Assembly (NCBI RefSeq): GCF_006345805.1
Contig: NW_021824162.1
Location: 1 to 20,450, forward strand
DNA: 20,450 bases
Direction: 5' to 3'
DNA from: Octopus sinensis
Lineage: Eukaryota
Of the stretch, positions 1-11,355 are shown piece by piece; position 1 is the stretch's first letter; the number at the start of each line of letters is the position of its first letter. The position numbers and the translations under genes are program-made. The notes beneath the pieces were generated by a model. It ran no database searches and was not told the DNA's origin. It saw only the letters and a list, made by a program, of their open reading frames with translations.

Positions 1-229
1 ACAAAACTAACGAACCATGAGTTTCGTGGACCCTAAATACGCAGTGGTTGTAATCCCGGTTGGGTCGTTAAATCCAATGGGACCCCACAAGCAACTGTAT
101 TGTAACAAAGGATTTTTCCTGTACCCCAGTTTTAGAAGCGTTCATACAAAGTTTTCCTTAAATAAACTATCATGATTTCATTTTACTTACTTTTTTTTAC
201 TGAAAACAAGAATAAAGCATGAACGTAAA

Positions 230-750
230 TCTATATATATAAAACTCAACTTGTGTGTCTGTCTGTGTATCTGTGTGTGTGTCTGTGTCTTTTACTTCCC
301 GGCACATCTCCTCCTAGCCAACAAATCGTAGAACCACCAAACATGGGTCACTTAAAGTTTAGGCGAATGAAAATTGAACTGCGCTATTTCTGTTCCGAAA
401 TTCATCTCGCAAGTGCAAAAATCGATAATGTATTTGTTTAGGCCTTCTCCCATGCATTGAATAGTGAACTTTACTCAGTCAGCTGTTTGACGTGAACTGT
501 GTTCACCACGCGTGCAAGCATGCGTAAATTGCATGAAAAGTAAAAAAGCAAGACAAATCGCCGTAAACATTGTAGAAATTAGGCAAAGAAATGCATTTTC
601 GGGAGGGTTTTTCCCTATTAATCGTTTGGACTTTGTGAACGCATACCAATTGTTTTCATAACATTTTTAACGCTTTGAATTAAATGTGACCATTTTGCGT
701 TGAGTCTGCAGTTTGAATCACTAGCCAAATTTTAGCAGGCCGGATTTTTG
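230..750 (+). mobile_element. Possible non-autonomous Helitron-like element, 5' part
   Basis: Begins A|TCTATATATATAAAAC followed by a (GTCT/GT)n tract, a layout common at animal Helitron 5' ends. No convincing hairpin+CTAG|T 3' end was found, so the right boundary is a guess. Confidence 0.3.
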
Positions 751-835
751 ATCATCATGATACATCGCCAGCGACTCCCTGAAACTCTCCTCTGATATCC
801 TCGTTGAGAAATACTGTTCTAAAAGAATAATTCAA

Positions 836-1020
836 CAATGCAATTTTCTGTATGCTATATGTGTTTGTAAGTCCTGGAGTTTTTGTTATGTATTTGTCTG
901 AATAATTTTTTATCATGCCTAATGCACTTACTATGATAGGAATTGTTTCTGTTTTTAGATTCCTCGTTCGAGTTACCTCTATTTCTAGGTCTTTGTATTT
1001 TGAAAGTTTCTCCATTTCTT
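836..1020 (-). mobile_element. R4/Dong-clade non-LTR retrotransposon fragment (C-terminal restriction-like endonuclease region)
   Basis: Minus-strand translation EKLSKYKDLEIEVTRTRNLKTETIPIIVSALGMIK...PG...IQKIALL matches the RLE C-terminus (K..KY.DL, P.vGALG, QK..L). It is homologous to the 11356-11866 copy. The 5' truncation abuts an (AAT)n-like tract at 1021-1039. Confidence 0.85.
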
Positions 1021-1340
1021 TATTGTTATTATTATTATTTGTGTCGGTTTTGGAGACTAGTTGTTCGGAGCTCTAAGTTTTCTTTAGAATTTGTTGTTAC
1101 AATGTTGTTTTCAAAATTTTATTGACCACAGAACCCACCTCGCTGTAAGCGGGGCTAGCTGCGGTGGCCAGAATTCGCCCCTTAAAGGCGAATTTTGAGT
1201 TTTAAAAACTACAAATTAATATTTTATAAAGAAAAAGTTCAGTATGGCTTCCCAAATCGAGGCAATAAAGGTTCTTACATCATCCGTTTTGACATTTTGT
1301 CACCTCCGCTTGTTAATATTTTTGAGAAACAAAGCAAAGA

Positions 1341-1410
1341 CAGCAGCAGCAGCAGCAGTAGTAGCAACAACAACAACAGCATCACAACCATCAGCACCAA
1401 CAAAAACATA
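1341..1410. repeat. (CAG)n/(CAA)n microsatellite
   Basis: Directly visible cagcagcag...caacaacaa run. Confidence 0.9.
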
Positions 1411-1464
1411 ACAGAAAAATGAAGAGGAGGCAAGGAATCAATCCACTTTGACCCTAAAAAAGAA

Positions 1465-1746
1465 GACACACCACCAGAAATAGACAGCTGATTCTTGGTG
1501 GTAGATGTCCTCTTGGACATATAGGTCAAAACGAGCATCTTACAGATGCGGAAACTTTACAAACAAAACTATTCGGGTCAAGGCCTAAAATTGTGGGTGA
1601 AAATGGACAGCCAAAGCCTGGACACAATTCCAGATATCATAAATTCACACGTTGGCACCAACCTCCACGTGGCCTTTGAAAGCTGATGGTTTCGGTATCA
1701 TCTGTGTGGGAACACAAATCATCTAAAATTCTTCTATTGCCCATAA
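1465..1746 (+). pseudogene. L1/Tx1-clade ORF1 (gag-like zinc knuckle) relic
   Basis: One reading frame with internal stops: DTPPEIDS*FLVVDVLLDI*...LDTIPDIINSHVGTNLHVAFES*WFRYHLCGNTNHLKFFYCP*. This is a degenerate CX2CX4HX4-5C knuckle with the first Cys changed to Tyr. A low-complexity CAA/GCA tail follows to about 2110, and an ORF2 APE fragment lies downstream on the same strand. Confidence 0.5.
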
Positions 1747-1779
1747 CAAATTAGAGAAAGGAGCCTCTCAATTTTGCCA

Positions 1780-1950
1780 ACATCATCAACACCACCACCA
1801 CAGCAACAATAACAACAATAGCAACAGCACCAACAGAGGCAGGTGACCATCGCGGTTACAAAATCAATAGTAACAGTAGCAGCAACACTAATCGCAGCAG
1901 CACGGGCAGCAGCAAAAACAACAGCATCAACCCCGGTCCCCACCACCAAA
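1780..1950. repeat. Low-complexity CAA/GCA/CCA trinucleotide tract
   Basis: Directly visible; probably the degenerate tail of the ORF1 relic. Confidence 0.8.
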
Positions 1951-2149
1951 AAAGCAACAACTTTATGAATAGGACAACGCCAAAAAGCTCTACAAGATTT
2001 GCCCCTCCCCTGTTCGGAGCACTCAGACATACCTTGCGCGGATAGGGACGACGAAAGACCAAAATGGCAAGAGGTCGCCTGAACACACAAAAGAAAAAGA
2101 AACAGAACCAAACACACACAGACAATACAGACATAGACTTTCCCAAATG

Positions 2150-3292
2150 CATCAATAAATTAACATTAATATTTTTTCATCGTTGTTGCAATCATCTGAA
2201 ATGGAACTGTCAAAGCGCGATATTCGAGCAATTTTGCTATTCAACATCAAAAAAGGATGTAAAGCAGCTGAAACTGCTCACGATGTCAACGAAACTTTTG
2301 GTGAGGAAATGACCAGTGAGTGGTCAGTTTGAAAATGGCTTAAACGATTTAGCAGTGGAAACCTGAAGATCTTGAGCGTAGTGGACGCCCGTCTGTCATC
2401 GATGACGGTCAACTGAAGATCATCATTGAGAAAGACCCACGTAAAACCACTCGAGAACTGGCAAAAGAACTTCAAGTCAGCCAGAAAATGCCTGAAACCA
2501 TTTGCATGCGATCGGAAAATCAGAAAAGCTCGACAAATGAATACCACACGATTTGAATGAAAATCAGAAAATGTGAACTTATGAAATGTGCTCGTCGCTT
2601 CTTCGCCGAAACCAAACCGATTCAATTCTTGACCGTATTTGCGATGAAAAGTAGATTCTGTATAATAATAGAAAATGTTTTTCGCAGTGGATGGACCCAA
2701 ATGAAGCACCGAAAAGCTTCCCTAAACCCGATCGCTTCAAAAAAGAGATTATGTTGATTGTTTAGTGATGTGCCGTTGGACTCATCCACTATAACTTATT
2801 AAAACCCAGAAAATCCATTCCTGCAGTAACATATTACCAAGAAATTGCCAATATGAACGAAAAACTGCTACTCCTCTGTCTCAGACTGGTCAACAGAAGA
2901 GGGCCAATCATTCTTCATGACAATACTCGACCACACGTTTCACTAATGACGCTCCAGAAGTTTAGGGAAACTGGCTACGAAGTTCTTCCCTACTCAGCTT
3001 ATTCCTCAGACCTTTCTCCCAACGTCTATCACTTTTTCAAGTATCTTTATGGTTTCCTTCGAGAGAAGGAGTTCAAAAATCAAACCGATGCTGAAAGCGC
3101 GTTCAAAGAGTCCATCAGCTTCAGAACTCCAGATTTTTATGTTAACGGAATAAACAAACTTTGTAACTCATTGGCAAAAATGTGTTTATAGTAATGGTAC
3201 ATACTTTGATGAATAAAATTTCCGCATTGCTGAAATACATTGTGATGAATTTCATGTTTCAAAACGTTGCTTACTTTTTACTCAGCCTGATA
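2150..3292 (+). mobile_element. Mariner (Hsmar1/SETMAR-like) DNA transposon, decayed, 5' TIR missing
   Basis: ATG at 2201: MELSKRDIRAILLFNIKKGCKAAETAHDVNETFGE...WLKRF..ERSGRP, then *IPHDL (WVPHEL motif), HDNTRPH, YSSDLSPNVYHFF (YSPDL motif), ending YFDE* at 3216. It has multiple stops and frameshifts. A 3' TIR-like AAAACGTTGCTTACTTTTTACTCAGCCTGA lies at 3261-3290, followed by TA. Confidence 0.93.
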
Positions 3293-3530
3293 TTTATTTC
3301 CATGTCAAACGGGAATGAGGGGGGCGGGGGTGGAATGGCAGTGTTGTCCCAGAGACGCCTGGATCTCAACACAAAGATTATCTTCCTGGGCTAAGAAGGT
3401 TAGTTGGTGGTCCTGGAAGTCGTGAACAGTAGTAACGGAGGTGTCCTCAGTCTGGTGGCTGTTTATGCCTCGACACGTTCCGGATAGCTGAACATCTTCA
3501 GACGTCTGGAGGTTTTCCTTGGAGTGTCTA
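3293..3530 (+). pseudogene. L1/Tx1-clade ORF2 apurinic-like endonuclease (APE) fragment
   Basis: Translation GGGMAVLSQRRLDLNTKIIFLG*EG*LVVLEVVNSSNGGVLSLVAVYASTRSG*LNIFRRLEVFLG contains the GVA.L, D.EGR.l.l and vYAP motifs of L1-type APE domains, with stops. Confidence 0.75.
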
Positions 3531-4378
3531 GACGAGGCGTCTGTAACCTGTGGCACGCGTGTCATGTGTAGCACGCGGAACAATTCACAATGGCATGTAC
3601 ACCACTTGGCAAAAAATAAAAGTAAATTTTTATTTATAACTAACTCTGAGGAAGCGACATCATAATAATTAATTTACATATCTTTTTTACGATCCATCTA
3701 TTCTAGCCTAAACTATCTGAAGTTAGTTGTATTTGGTAATATTACATTTCCTTAAAAATATAGTACTACTGAACACAATTTTGATACGAAATTATGAATG
3801 TTAGCACAATTAATTTGTTTGTAAGCTGGTGCTGAAAGCATTTATATGTACTTTATTACTGAAGCCGGGAGCTAGAGGTGCGAACGCCTATTGTTTCGAA
3901 CTCGGCTGTATATTTAGCAGTGCAGATCATAATATGTTAAACTTGGATGACCACTTTACAGCAGCCAGTCTAAATAAAGACACTCTTTAAAATGGGCTCC
4001 TACATTGCGGGTCGTCTATAAGTAGACGCTTTTAAAATTATTCTTTCAGTTTGGGAAGAAAAAGCGGTAACGAGTAGGGTTTTCAAAAGGAAATAATCAT
4101 GAAAAGTCAACAATTATAGTTATTTTCTTAGGTTTCAATTTCTCCTTCGTGAGTCAAGTTGTCTGATCTTTTGAGTATTTTTTGTTTATTCATATCATTT
4201 ATTTTTAATCTAATTATTTTATCATTACAAAAATTAATTCATTAAATTAATTTCATTCTTTTTTACTACTTATTTTATTCTAATTATCTTTATTTAGTTA
4301 TTTTTATTTTTATTTGTAGAACCTAATTTAAGGGTTTATACACCTGTCATATCAATTATCAATATATAGTGCAGCAAA

Positions 4379-6888
4379 TTGCATAACAAAGGACCAAAAT
4401 TTGACGTTCGTTCATTTCAAGATTTCTGGTGCACTGAGTATGGATTTGTACAGCAAAATCATCGAGTTGTGTGTGCGTTCTGCTGTGAATTTGTCGTATG
4501 TCGTACATCAAGTGTACAAAGACACTATCAAACTAGACACCAGACTATGTCTAAAAACGCTGATGAAAAAAGGCAAATCATAAAAAGGGCTATTTCTAGT
4601 TACAAATAAAGCACTTCTGTTTTTGTTCAAATGCTTGGAACCAACAATGAAGCCAAATAATGTAGTTAGACAATTGCTCAATGTAGAGCTGAGAAAGGTA
4701 AACCTTTTACAGCCGGAGAATTTATCAAAAAAACTTTTCTGAGAATTGCTAAAATTTTGTTCAGTAATTAAACAAACGCTGAATAAATACTGTCTCGAAT
4801 TCAAGAAATACCAATTTCTGCATGATCAGTTGAGAGACGTGTAACTGATATCGATGAAGATATAACAATAAAACAAAAAGTTGGATTACAAAACGCTGCT
4901 GCATTCAGTGACCCCTATCGATGAAAGTACTGACGTGAATGACATGGCACACCTAGCAATTGTTGCAAGATACTGGGACAATGATCGTATTTACGAAGAA
5001 TCATGTTGTTTGATTATTCCTCTTACCAATACATCTACAGGACAGGACATTCTGACTGCATTTCTAAATTATTTCGAAAATCAAGACATTAATATAAATA
5101 AAATGTTTTGTATTACTACTGGTGGTGCACGTGCAGTGGGTGGAAAGGAAAAAAAGATTTATTAAGCGTCTTGAAAATCACATTTCACGCAGTGTAATGT
5201 GTTTTAATTGCATTGTACATCAGGAAAATTTAGTTGCAAAACTTTCGTCACAAAGCTTGAGTTCTGTCGTGGAAAGTTGTTAAAATAGTTAACTTCATGG
5301 TTTCTCGCTCTTCACTGACTCACGGACAATTTAAGTCTCTTCTGCAAGAACTGGACAGCGAATATGCAGACTTCCCACTTCACAGTGAAGTCCTGCAGCG
5401 TAGACTCGGTTGAAATTCCTCTCTCCCATTTATTATATATACGTGCATTCGAGCGTAGCAGGGAACAGCTATCCGTTTGCCGCTATTTGGATCCCGTTCT
5501 GTCCACTACTCTGATTAGTTGGTATTGGCGCAATTTGTCGCGCCAAACCGCCGTGTATAACCAGTCGGAGTCAGCCTGTTCACTACCCCGTTTTGGCCTA
5601 CTTCTCCTTATAAAAACTCAGCTCTTTCTCCTTTCGATGTCTTTTGGTTCCAGACCTTTTAAGGTCTAGCCACTGACCACAAAGACACAGTCAGTTCCAG
5701 AGACTTACCAACTTTGTCCAACAGCATTCCAACAACCTCCGTCTTTGTCGCCACCACCATGTCCTTAACGTCTTCAACATCATCTCTCTACGTACACAGC
5801 TCTGCAAGCGATGCACCCAGGTTCCAACACTTCACTGTTCGTTAATTACTTCATCATGGGTCAACAACAAATATACAACCAGTATGAACTCCTGTACAAG
5901 TTACCCAGGCAGCAGCATCACAGCCACGACATCACGTTCAACATGTACCTGTAACTGTCTTCTACATCTATGAACCCACACGCATACATTCTGTTCTCAT
6001 GACGGCCTGTCTATCGTTCAGTATACATGATGCACACACAGACACATCTGTTAACATATCAATAAATCTTCTTTTAATCATTCTACGCGGTTGTCTCCTT
6101 TATCCATCTGGCAAATAGATGGTACTATCAATTTTCTCTTTATTGTAAGGGCTGTGTGATGTGGTACTAAAGAGCCATTCTTGTCACCTCGCATCGCACG
6201 GTCCTTACAGTCCGTTGGCTTTGTCGGGGTAATGTTTTGAACAGATTTGTATCATGCTTAGAAGAATATTTCTTGAAAGGAAACAGTTGCCAGAATTGAA
6301 CAACGAAGACGGTTTATTTAAACTGATGCTTCTAACTGACAGTCACTTGAATGATTAAAATTTGCATTTACAAGAGAGAGGTCAAACAGTACTTGATATT
6401 TTTGAATACTGGGAAGGATTTTTGTTAAAATAAGATTTTTTTGCGTGATACACTTAGATATATTTAAAAATACTTTGCAAATGTAAAAGTTTATTCAAAT
6501 CGATTTAATATTTAATAAAAAGGAACTTCAAAAATATGTTGCAACGTTGAAAGAAGAAATTTCCAAGTGAGATAAAGATTTCGAAACAGACACTCCTATA
6601 TTTTCGTTTCTCATGAAACCCGACTTTGATGGATTTGAAAACGAACCCATTTCATCTATCACTTTTGGGCTCAACAACAAATATACAAGATAGTTTTGAA
6701 GTGGAAATACTTGAATTAACCGCTTCAGAATTATGGGGGAAAAATTTATGGAATTACGAAAATCTCTTGAAAGAAGCAGCTTAGAGAAGTCAGTGGCCAT
6801 CTTCAATCGCTGGAAGACGTTGCCTGAAAGATTCAATTCTTTGAAGAAAATCGCCTCAGCTCTGCTTTCAGCCTTTAGCTCAACATAT
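4379..6888 (+). pseudogene. hAT transposase pseudogene interrupted by a solo LTR
   Basis: Motifs in order: BED-like finger FQDFW..YGF...CAFC...RHYQTRH; KGKPFTAGEFIK; DESTD; CITTGGA (TDGA catalytic Asp lost); CIVHQE (CxxH); LHSEV|RWLCRGNVL split by the insertion; hATC dimerisation start WKTLPERFNSLKKIASALLSAFSSTY, truncated before the catalytic Glu. Confidence 0.9.
5394..6209 (+). mobile_element. Solo LTR (probably Ty3/Gypsy), 816 bp
   Basis: TG...CA termini (TGCAG...TTACA). A 4-bp TSD GTCC lies at 5390-5393 and 6210-6213. There is a TATAAAA at about 5609 and an AATAAA at 6061. Removing it restores the hAT EVRWL motif. Confidence 0.88.
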
Positions 6889-6922
6889 ACAGGATTACCC
6901 CAAAACAACAGGACCCATAAAA

Positions 6923-7073
6923 TTTCGGTTTCCGTCTACCAAATCCACTCACAAGGATTTGGTCGTCCCGAGACTATAGTAGGAGGCAATTTCCCAAATG
7001 GCATGCAGTGGAAACTGAACCTGGATCTATCTGCTTCCGAAGTAAGTTTCTTACCACGCAGCCACGCCTATGC
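6923..7073 (-). mobile_element. tRNA-derived CORE-type SINE (resembles octopus OR family), 3' truncated
   Basis: Minus strand GGCGTGGCTGCGTGGTAAG (A box) ... GGTTCAGTTTC (B box) ... TTTGGGAAATTG (degenerate CORE) ... CCTTGTGAGTGGATTTGGTAGACGGAAAC. The family name is recalled, not searched. Confidence 0.8.
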
Positions 7074-8785
7074 ATGTGTGTTTATGTATAAGTCTATATA
7101 TAGGATGGACAGGACAAACAAATATTTAAATAATAGTTCTGACGTTATGGTTGCTTGGAACCAAATGCTCACCCATAAATGATCGTCTGGAACAACGTTA
7201 TTGTAGTAAATTGCATAGTTATAGAAAGATAGAGGGAGAGGAAAAAATATATCATATATACGTATGTGTGTATATATATAAATGTTAAATCTTAAAAGAA
7301 AAGTAACAAGAATTGATCTACCTGTATAACACCGGATCAAAAAATGACTTCAGTTTGAATATTTTGCAGAAATGAAATAAGTTTTATCCACTTATCTGAA
7401 TAATCTATTGCCTCATATAAGTTTTTTGTCTCACGTTCCAGCTGCTATCCGATAAGCATACAGAATGAAATACCCTGTTGTAATAGTTCTTTATTTTTTT
7501 TTAAAACGAGAGTGACAGTATTTTCCCTTGATGTGTGTGATTGGTTGAAATTCTTTCATATCCGGAAAATAAATCCATTTTCCAGCTAGTCACCATTCCT
7601 ACACGTCAAGTGTTGAAATGGTCGCTGTGCTATATGAGATGAAGTGTCTTTCGCGCCATACGCCTCTCGGTTCTGTATTTGAAATCACGACCATGTTATC
7701 GTGAGTAGCATCCCTAATCACGATTTCATGTGTCCTCGACTTCTATTATATTTCCAAAACTTTATTTTTCATATGTCCTGGCAACGCCCAGAGAATATTC
7801 TTATCTACTTGACGCTTTTCTAAAACAAACGCCATTGTTTTTATCGACTGTTGGGATGGCGATATCTGCTCAAAGACACGACCTCATCTCTCTAGTTAAT
7901 AAAATGCAAACCCGACGAATTTTCCTCGTTTCACAGAATATATTTCAGTTGGTCGTAAAGTATGCTTGTTGTTCACTGGTGACAAGACTATGATCAAAGG
8001 CGTTTCGGTCATGATCATCCCGTCGATTTACTTATATTGCAATGTGTGTTGTATTCTTTCCTTGGTTAATACGGTAGGCTGCGATACAATGGAATATCAT
8101 TGTCTCAAATGCTTACGATAGGGCTGATAGCGCAAATGTTCAAGTAATGGACATTCATTAGTCCTGAAACTGACATCTACAATCATTATTGTATGACATC
8201 ACATGATGTGGATGCTAATTTTCTTGATCTTTCCGAAATATTAGTACAACCTTACTATCAAGATGAAACATCAATTTATTAAATGACATCTAAGACTGAA
8301 ATATTCTGCTACTAGCAGAAGAATGAAAGGGATATTCTACGTGGTTTACTCTCCATGTGTCTTTAGGCTAAAACTTTATACTTTTGATATCTTCATTATT
8401 AATTACCAGAAAAAAGAAAAACATGAATGCAATTCTGCATCAGAAGTAAATACTTTGAAAATGATGTGGTAAAAATTTGAAAAGTTTCAAGTGGTTGTAA
8501 GGAATTTAACAAGATTCCGATCGGCCAAACTACTGGGGCGTGTACAAACCAGATCCTGTTCCCAAGCAGTCATGGTGGTTAAACTGAAACACATACACAT
8601 ATACATAGATATATACATATATGTATTTATATATATATGTGTGTGTATATATAACAAAGTGAGTTTGGGGCTACCAATAAATATATATAATTGAAATATA
8701 GTATAAAATCTTTACGAGGATTTATCAAGTAGTTAGCGTGAAAAACCTCATAAGAGAAAAATTTATTAATTATTCCCTATAAATA

Positions 8786-9317
<532 letters not shown>

Positions 9318-9751
9318 AAAATATGGTAAAGTAAAAAGATTCACTTTACCACACACCGAACTTTCAGAAATAGCAGCCAAAAATTTGGCTATTTCTTCAA
9401 CTGCAAATAAAGTCTCCAGACAATGCATACTCAGAAATATATATATATATATATAGACGTGCGTATGTATATGTGTTTATATATATACATACATATTCAT
9501 ATATATATATTATTTTCTACTTTAAATAAAGGTGTTCACTATATATAGAAACACTTCGAAGTGCTGAAGAGATTAGAACTTGAGACTTTAGATATGTAAA
9601 GAAACGACAAGCAAGCTATATATTTATTTACATTTACATGTGAAGATACATTGAATGGAAATCAAAAAGGTAAACGTGTGTGGATATTAAGAAGACATAG
9701 TCCAATTTTCAGAAAAAACAGTACCACAAATAGAATAGGTAGAGTTTAAGT

Positions 9752-9840
9752 GTTCTACGGCCGTTTCAAGGATCGTTGTGGTCCTGATATATGACAGATA
9801 TCAGAGTCCATTGTTGGATAACATCACCTCTCCGGGGGAA
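9752..9840 (-). ncRNA. Decayed hammerhead-like motif
   Basis: Minus strand CCGGAGAG (two mismatches to CUGAAGAG), then a long stem II containing CUGAUAU/AUAUCAG, then GAAACGGCCGUA (palindromic stem III, GUA triplet). The core is mutated, so it is probably inactive. Confidence 0.4.
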
Positions 9841-10163
9841 GAATTTTATATTAAAAATTTTGCATTTAAAATGTTGACATGACAGAGGTTAAAGACTGAT
9901 TGATTTTATAGAGGGCTACATTTATTAGGAAGGGGAGTTAGGGATGTTTAGACAGAGAATAGTTGCAAGATGGAGAAAATAGATTTCAAGATCATAACCG
10001 ACTGATGGTGGAGAGTGGTAGAAAGTGGTTTAGTTTATGTCCAATTTAAATTAGTGAAAAAAGGATGGACCTAAGCGGTTCGATATCAGATAAGGGTATG
10101 AGAGGGAGATTATAACTTCTATTCTAGGCTTTCCATCAGACTCATTTGCCTCAGAAAATCCAA

Positions 10164-10372
10164 GGCGCCGAGTAGGCAGAAACGTTTGCACGCAGGCTAA
10201 AATGCTTAGCGTTCTGTTTTTACGTTATGAGTTCAAAATTCCGCCAATTTCGACTTTACCTTTCATCCTTTCGGGTTTGAAACATTAAGTACCTGTTGCA
10301 TAGTGGGGTCGATCTAATCAATTGGGCCCTACCCCAAAATTTCGCGCTTTGTGACTAGAGTAGAAAAGAATA
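10164..10372 (+). mobile_element. tRNA-derived SINE with Meta-domain-like core, diverged copy
   Basis: GGCGCCGAGTAGGCAGAAACG head, GAGTTCAAAATTC B box, CCTTTCATCCTTTCGGG...TTAAGTACC core. Clearly homologous to 12747-12983. Confidence 0.85.
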
Positions 10373-10462
10373 TTTACAATCGACGGACAGGTGTCCTCAT
10401 CTTGTTAGTTGTTACTACAACGTTTCGGATGAGGAATTCTCCAGTCTTCTTCAGATGTCCTG
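10373..10462 (-). ncRNA. Minimal hammerhead-like motif in a Penelope-associated repeat
   Basis: Minus strand CUGAAGA (10454-10448), imperfect stem II (GAG AAUUC CUC), then GAAAC GUU GUA. Stem I is poor. It lies about 90 bp from a Penelope-like RT relic. Confidence 0.4.
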
Positions 10463-10550
10463 TTAACAATAAAGTGTAGACATCTACCCGTCCAATTCAA
10501 ATATCATACATAATTCCTCAACTCTAAATTATAAAACAGTATCAAATGAT

Positions 10551-11030
10551 TACCCGTCAATATCACAAATACTTTTGGATAAAGCCTTAATATTTGCCCG
10601 AAATTATGCTACCATCCGCAGATCGGATATGAATATCACTCTGGCAATGAAGAAAACTTTAATTCAATTTAAGTGTAATTATTGAACGCCCAACGAATCT
10701 ATGGATTACTTCGATGTAACAATGGAATCATCGGACTCCGCCCACGCACAGACCTTGTGGGCTTGTTCCTCATCCCCCAGATTAAACAATGCTTCCCTAA
10801 AATAACCGGCGGACAATAGAGGGATGATGCAAATTCCTTCAGTAACTGGATTAACTGAACCTTCATTAGAGCACACAAGGACAGCCCTACGCAAACTCTT
10901 CAAAATCTTCATCCTAAGTATTTCATTCGAAATAGATACAAATTTTTTGGACGTTAATCTTTAATTAAGCACTAACTTATACCGTCCTTTCTATAAACCC
11001 AACCAATCTTTACAATACTTAAATGTGGAA
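10551..11030 (+). pseudogene. Penelope-like element reverse transcriptase relic
   Basis: Not in the ORF track. Manual translation with two frameshifts: YPSISQILLDKALIFARNY...YFDVTMESSDSA / DLVGLFLI...GGQ*RDD / ...TNFLDVNL*LSTNLYRPFYKPNQSLQYLNV. This matches the PLE motifs FYPSI, FDVTMGSYDGA, ELVGL, GLYRDD, NFLDV and KPN..Y. Confidence 0.88.
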
Positions 11031-11044
11031 GTGGAAGAGTTAAA

Positions 11045-11170
11045 ATGAGAGAGGGGGAGAGGGAGTGTTAGAAGCGAGAGAGAGAGAGAGAGGGGAATGA
11101 AGAGGATGAGGGTTGATGTGTATGATTGTTCGTGTGTGTGTGTGTGTGTGTGTGTGTGTCTGTGTGTGTG
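11045..11170. repeat. (GA)n and (GT)n microsatellites
   Basis: Directly visible. Confidence 0.9.
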
Positions 11171-11355
11171 ATGCAATTAGATACATAACCCTGCCTAAGC
11201 TTTTCTTTAATATGAAACTGGAGGGAATATCACATTAACGATTGCATTAAATGATATAATTTTACTGTGAAGAAGTGAGTGAAATGTTTAACCGGAAGAA
11301 ATTTCCAATAACAATAATAATAATAATAATAAAAATAATGATAATAATAATAATA

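Larger units (their letters stand above)
3532..6890 (+). mobile_element. hAT transposon (Charlie/Buster, GTF2IRD2/EPM2AIP1-like transposase), decayed, 3' truncated
   Basis: hAT-like left end AACCTGTGGCACGCGTG...GCACGCG at about 3544-3577, followed by the transposase relic. No right TIR is seen. Confidence 0.8.

Noticed and set aside
25-140. CAGTGGTT...GGGACCCC...GTACCCCAGTTTTAGAA resembling a small hAT MITE
   Set aside because: No matching TIR pair or 8-bp TSD could be identified; too degenerate to support.
1136-1160. Hairpin plus CTAG as the 3' end of the Helitron starting at 230
   Set aside because: The hairpin directly abuts CTAG without the usual spacer, and the next base is C rather than T.
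1195-2155. ORFs rich in poly-S/N/L/C
   Set aside because: These are translations of CAG/CAA trinucleotide tracts, or antisense frames of the ORF1 relic.
2853-3191. SETMAR-like host gene
   Set aside because: No SET domain; stops, frameshifts and a flanking TIR show it is a dead mariner copy.
4379-6888. Domesticated GTF2IRD2/EPM2AIP1/ZBED-like gene
   Set aside because: Multiple stops and frameshifts, loss of a catalytic Asp, an LTR insertion and a 3' truncation.
6886-6922. TACAGGATTACCCCAAAA resembling a Tc1/mariner TIR start
   Set aside because: No partner inverted repeat was found nearby.
7620-7700. Possible tRNA or SINE head
   Set aside because: No cloverleaf, and the A and B boxes are too degenerate.
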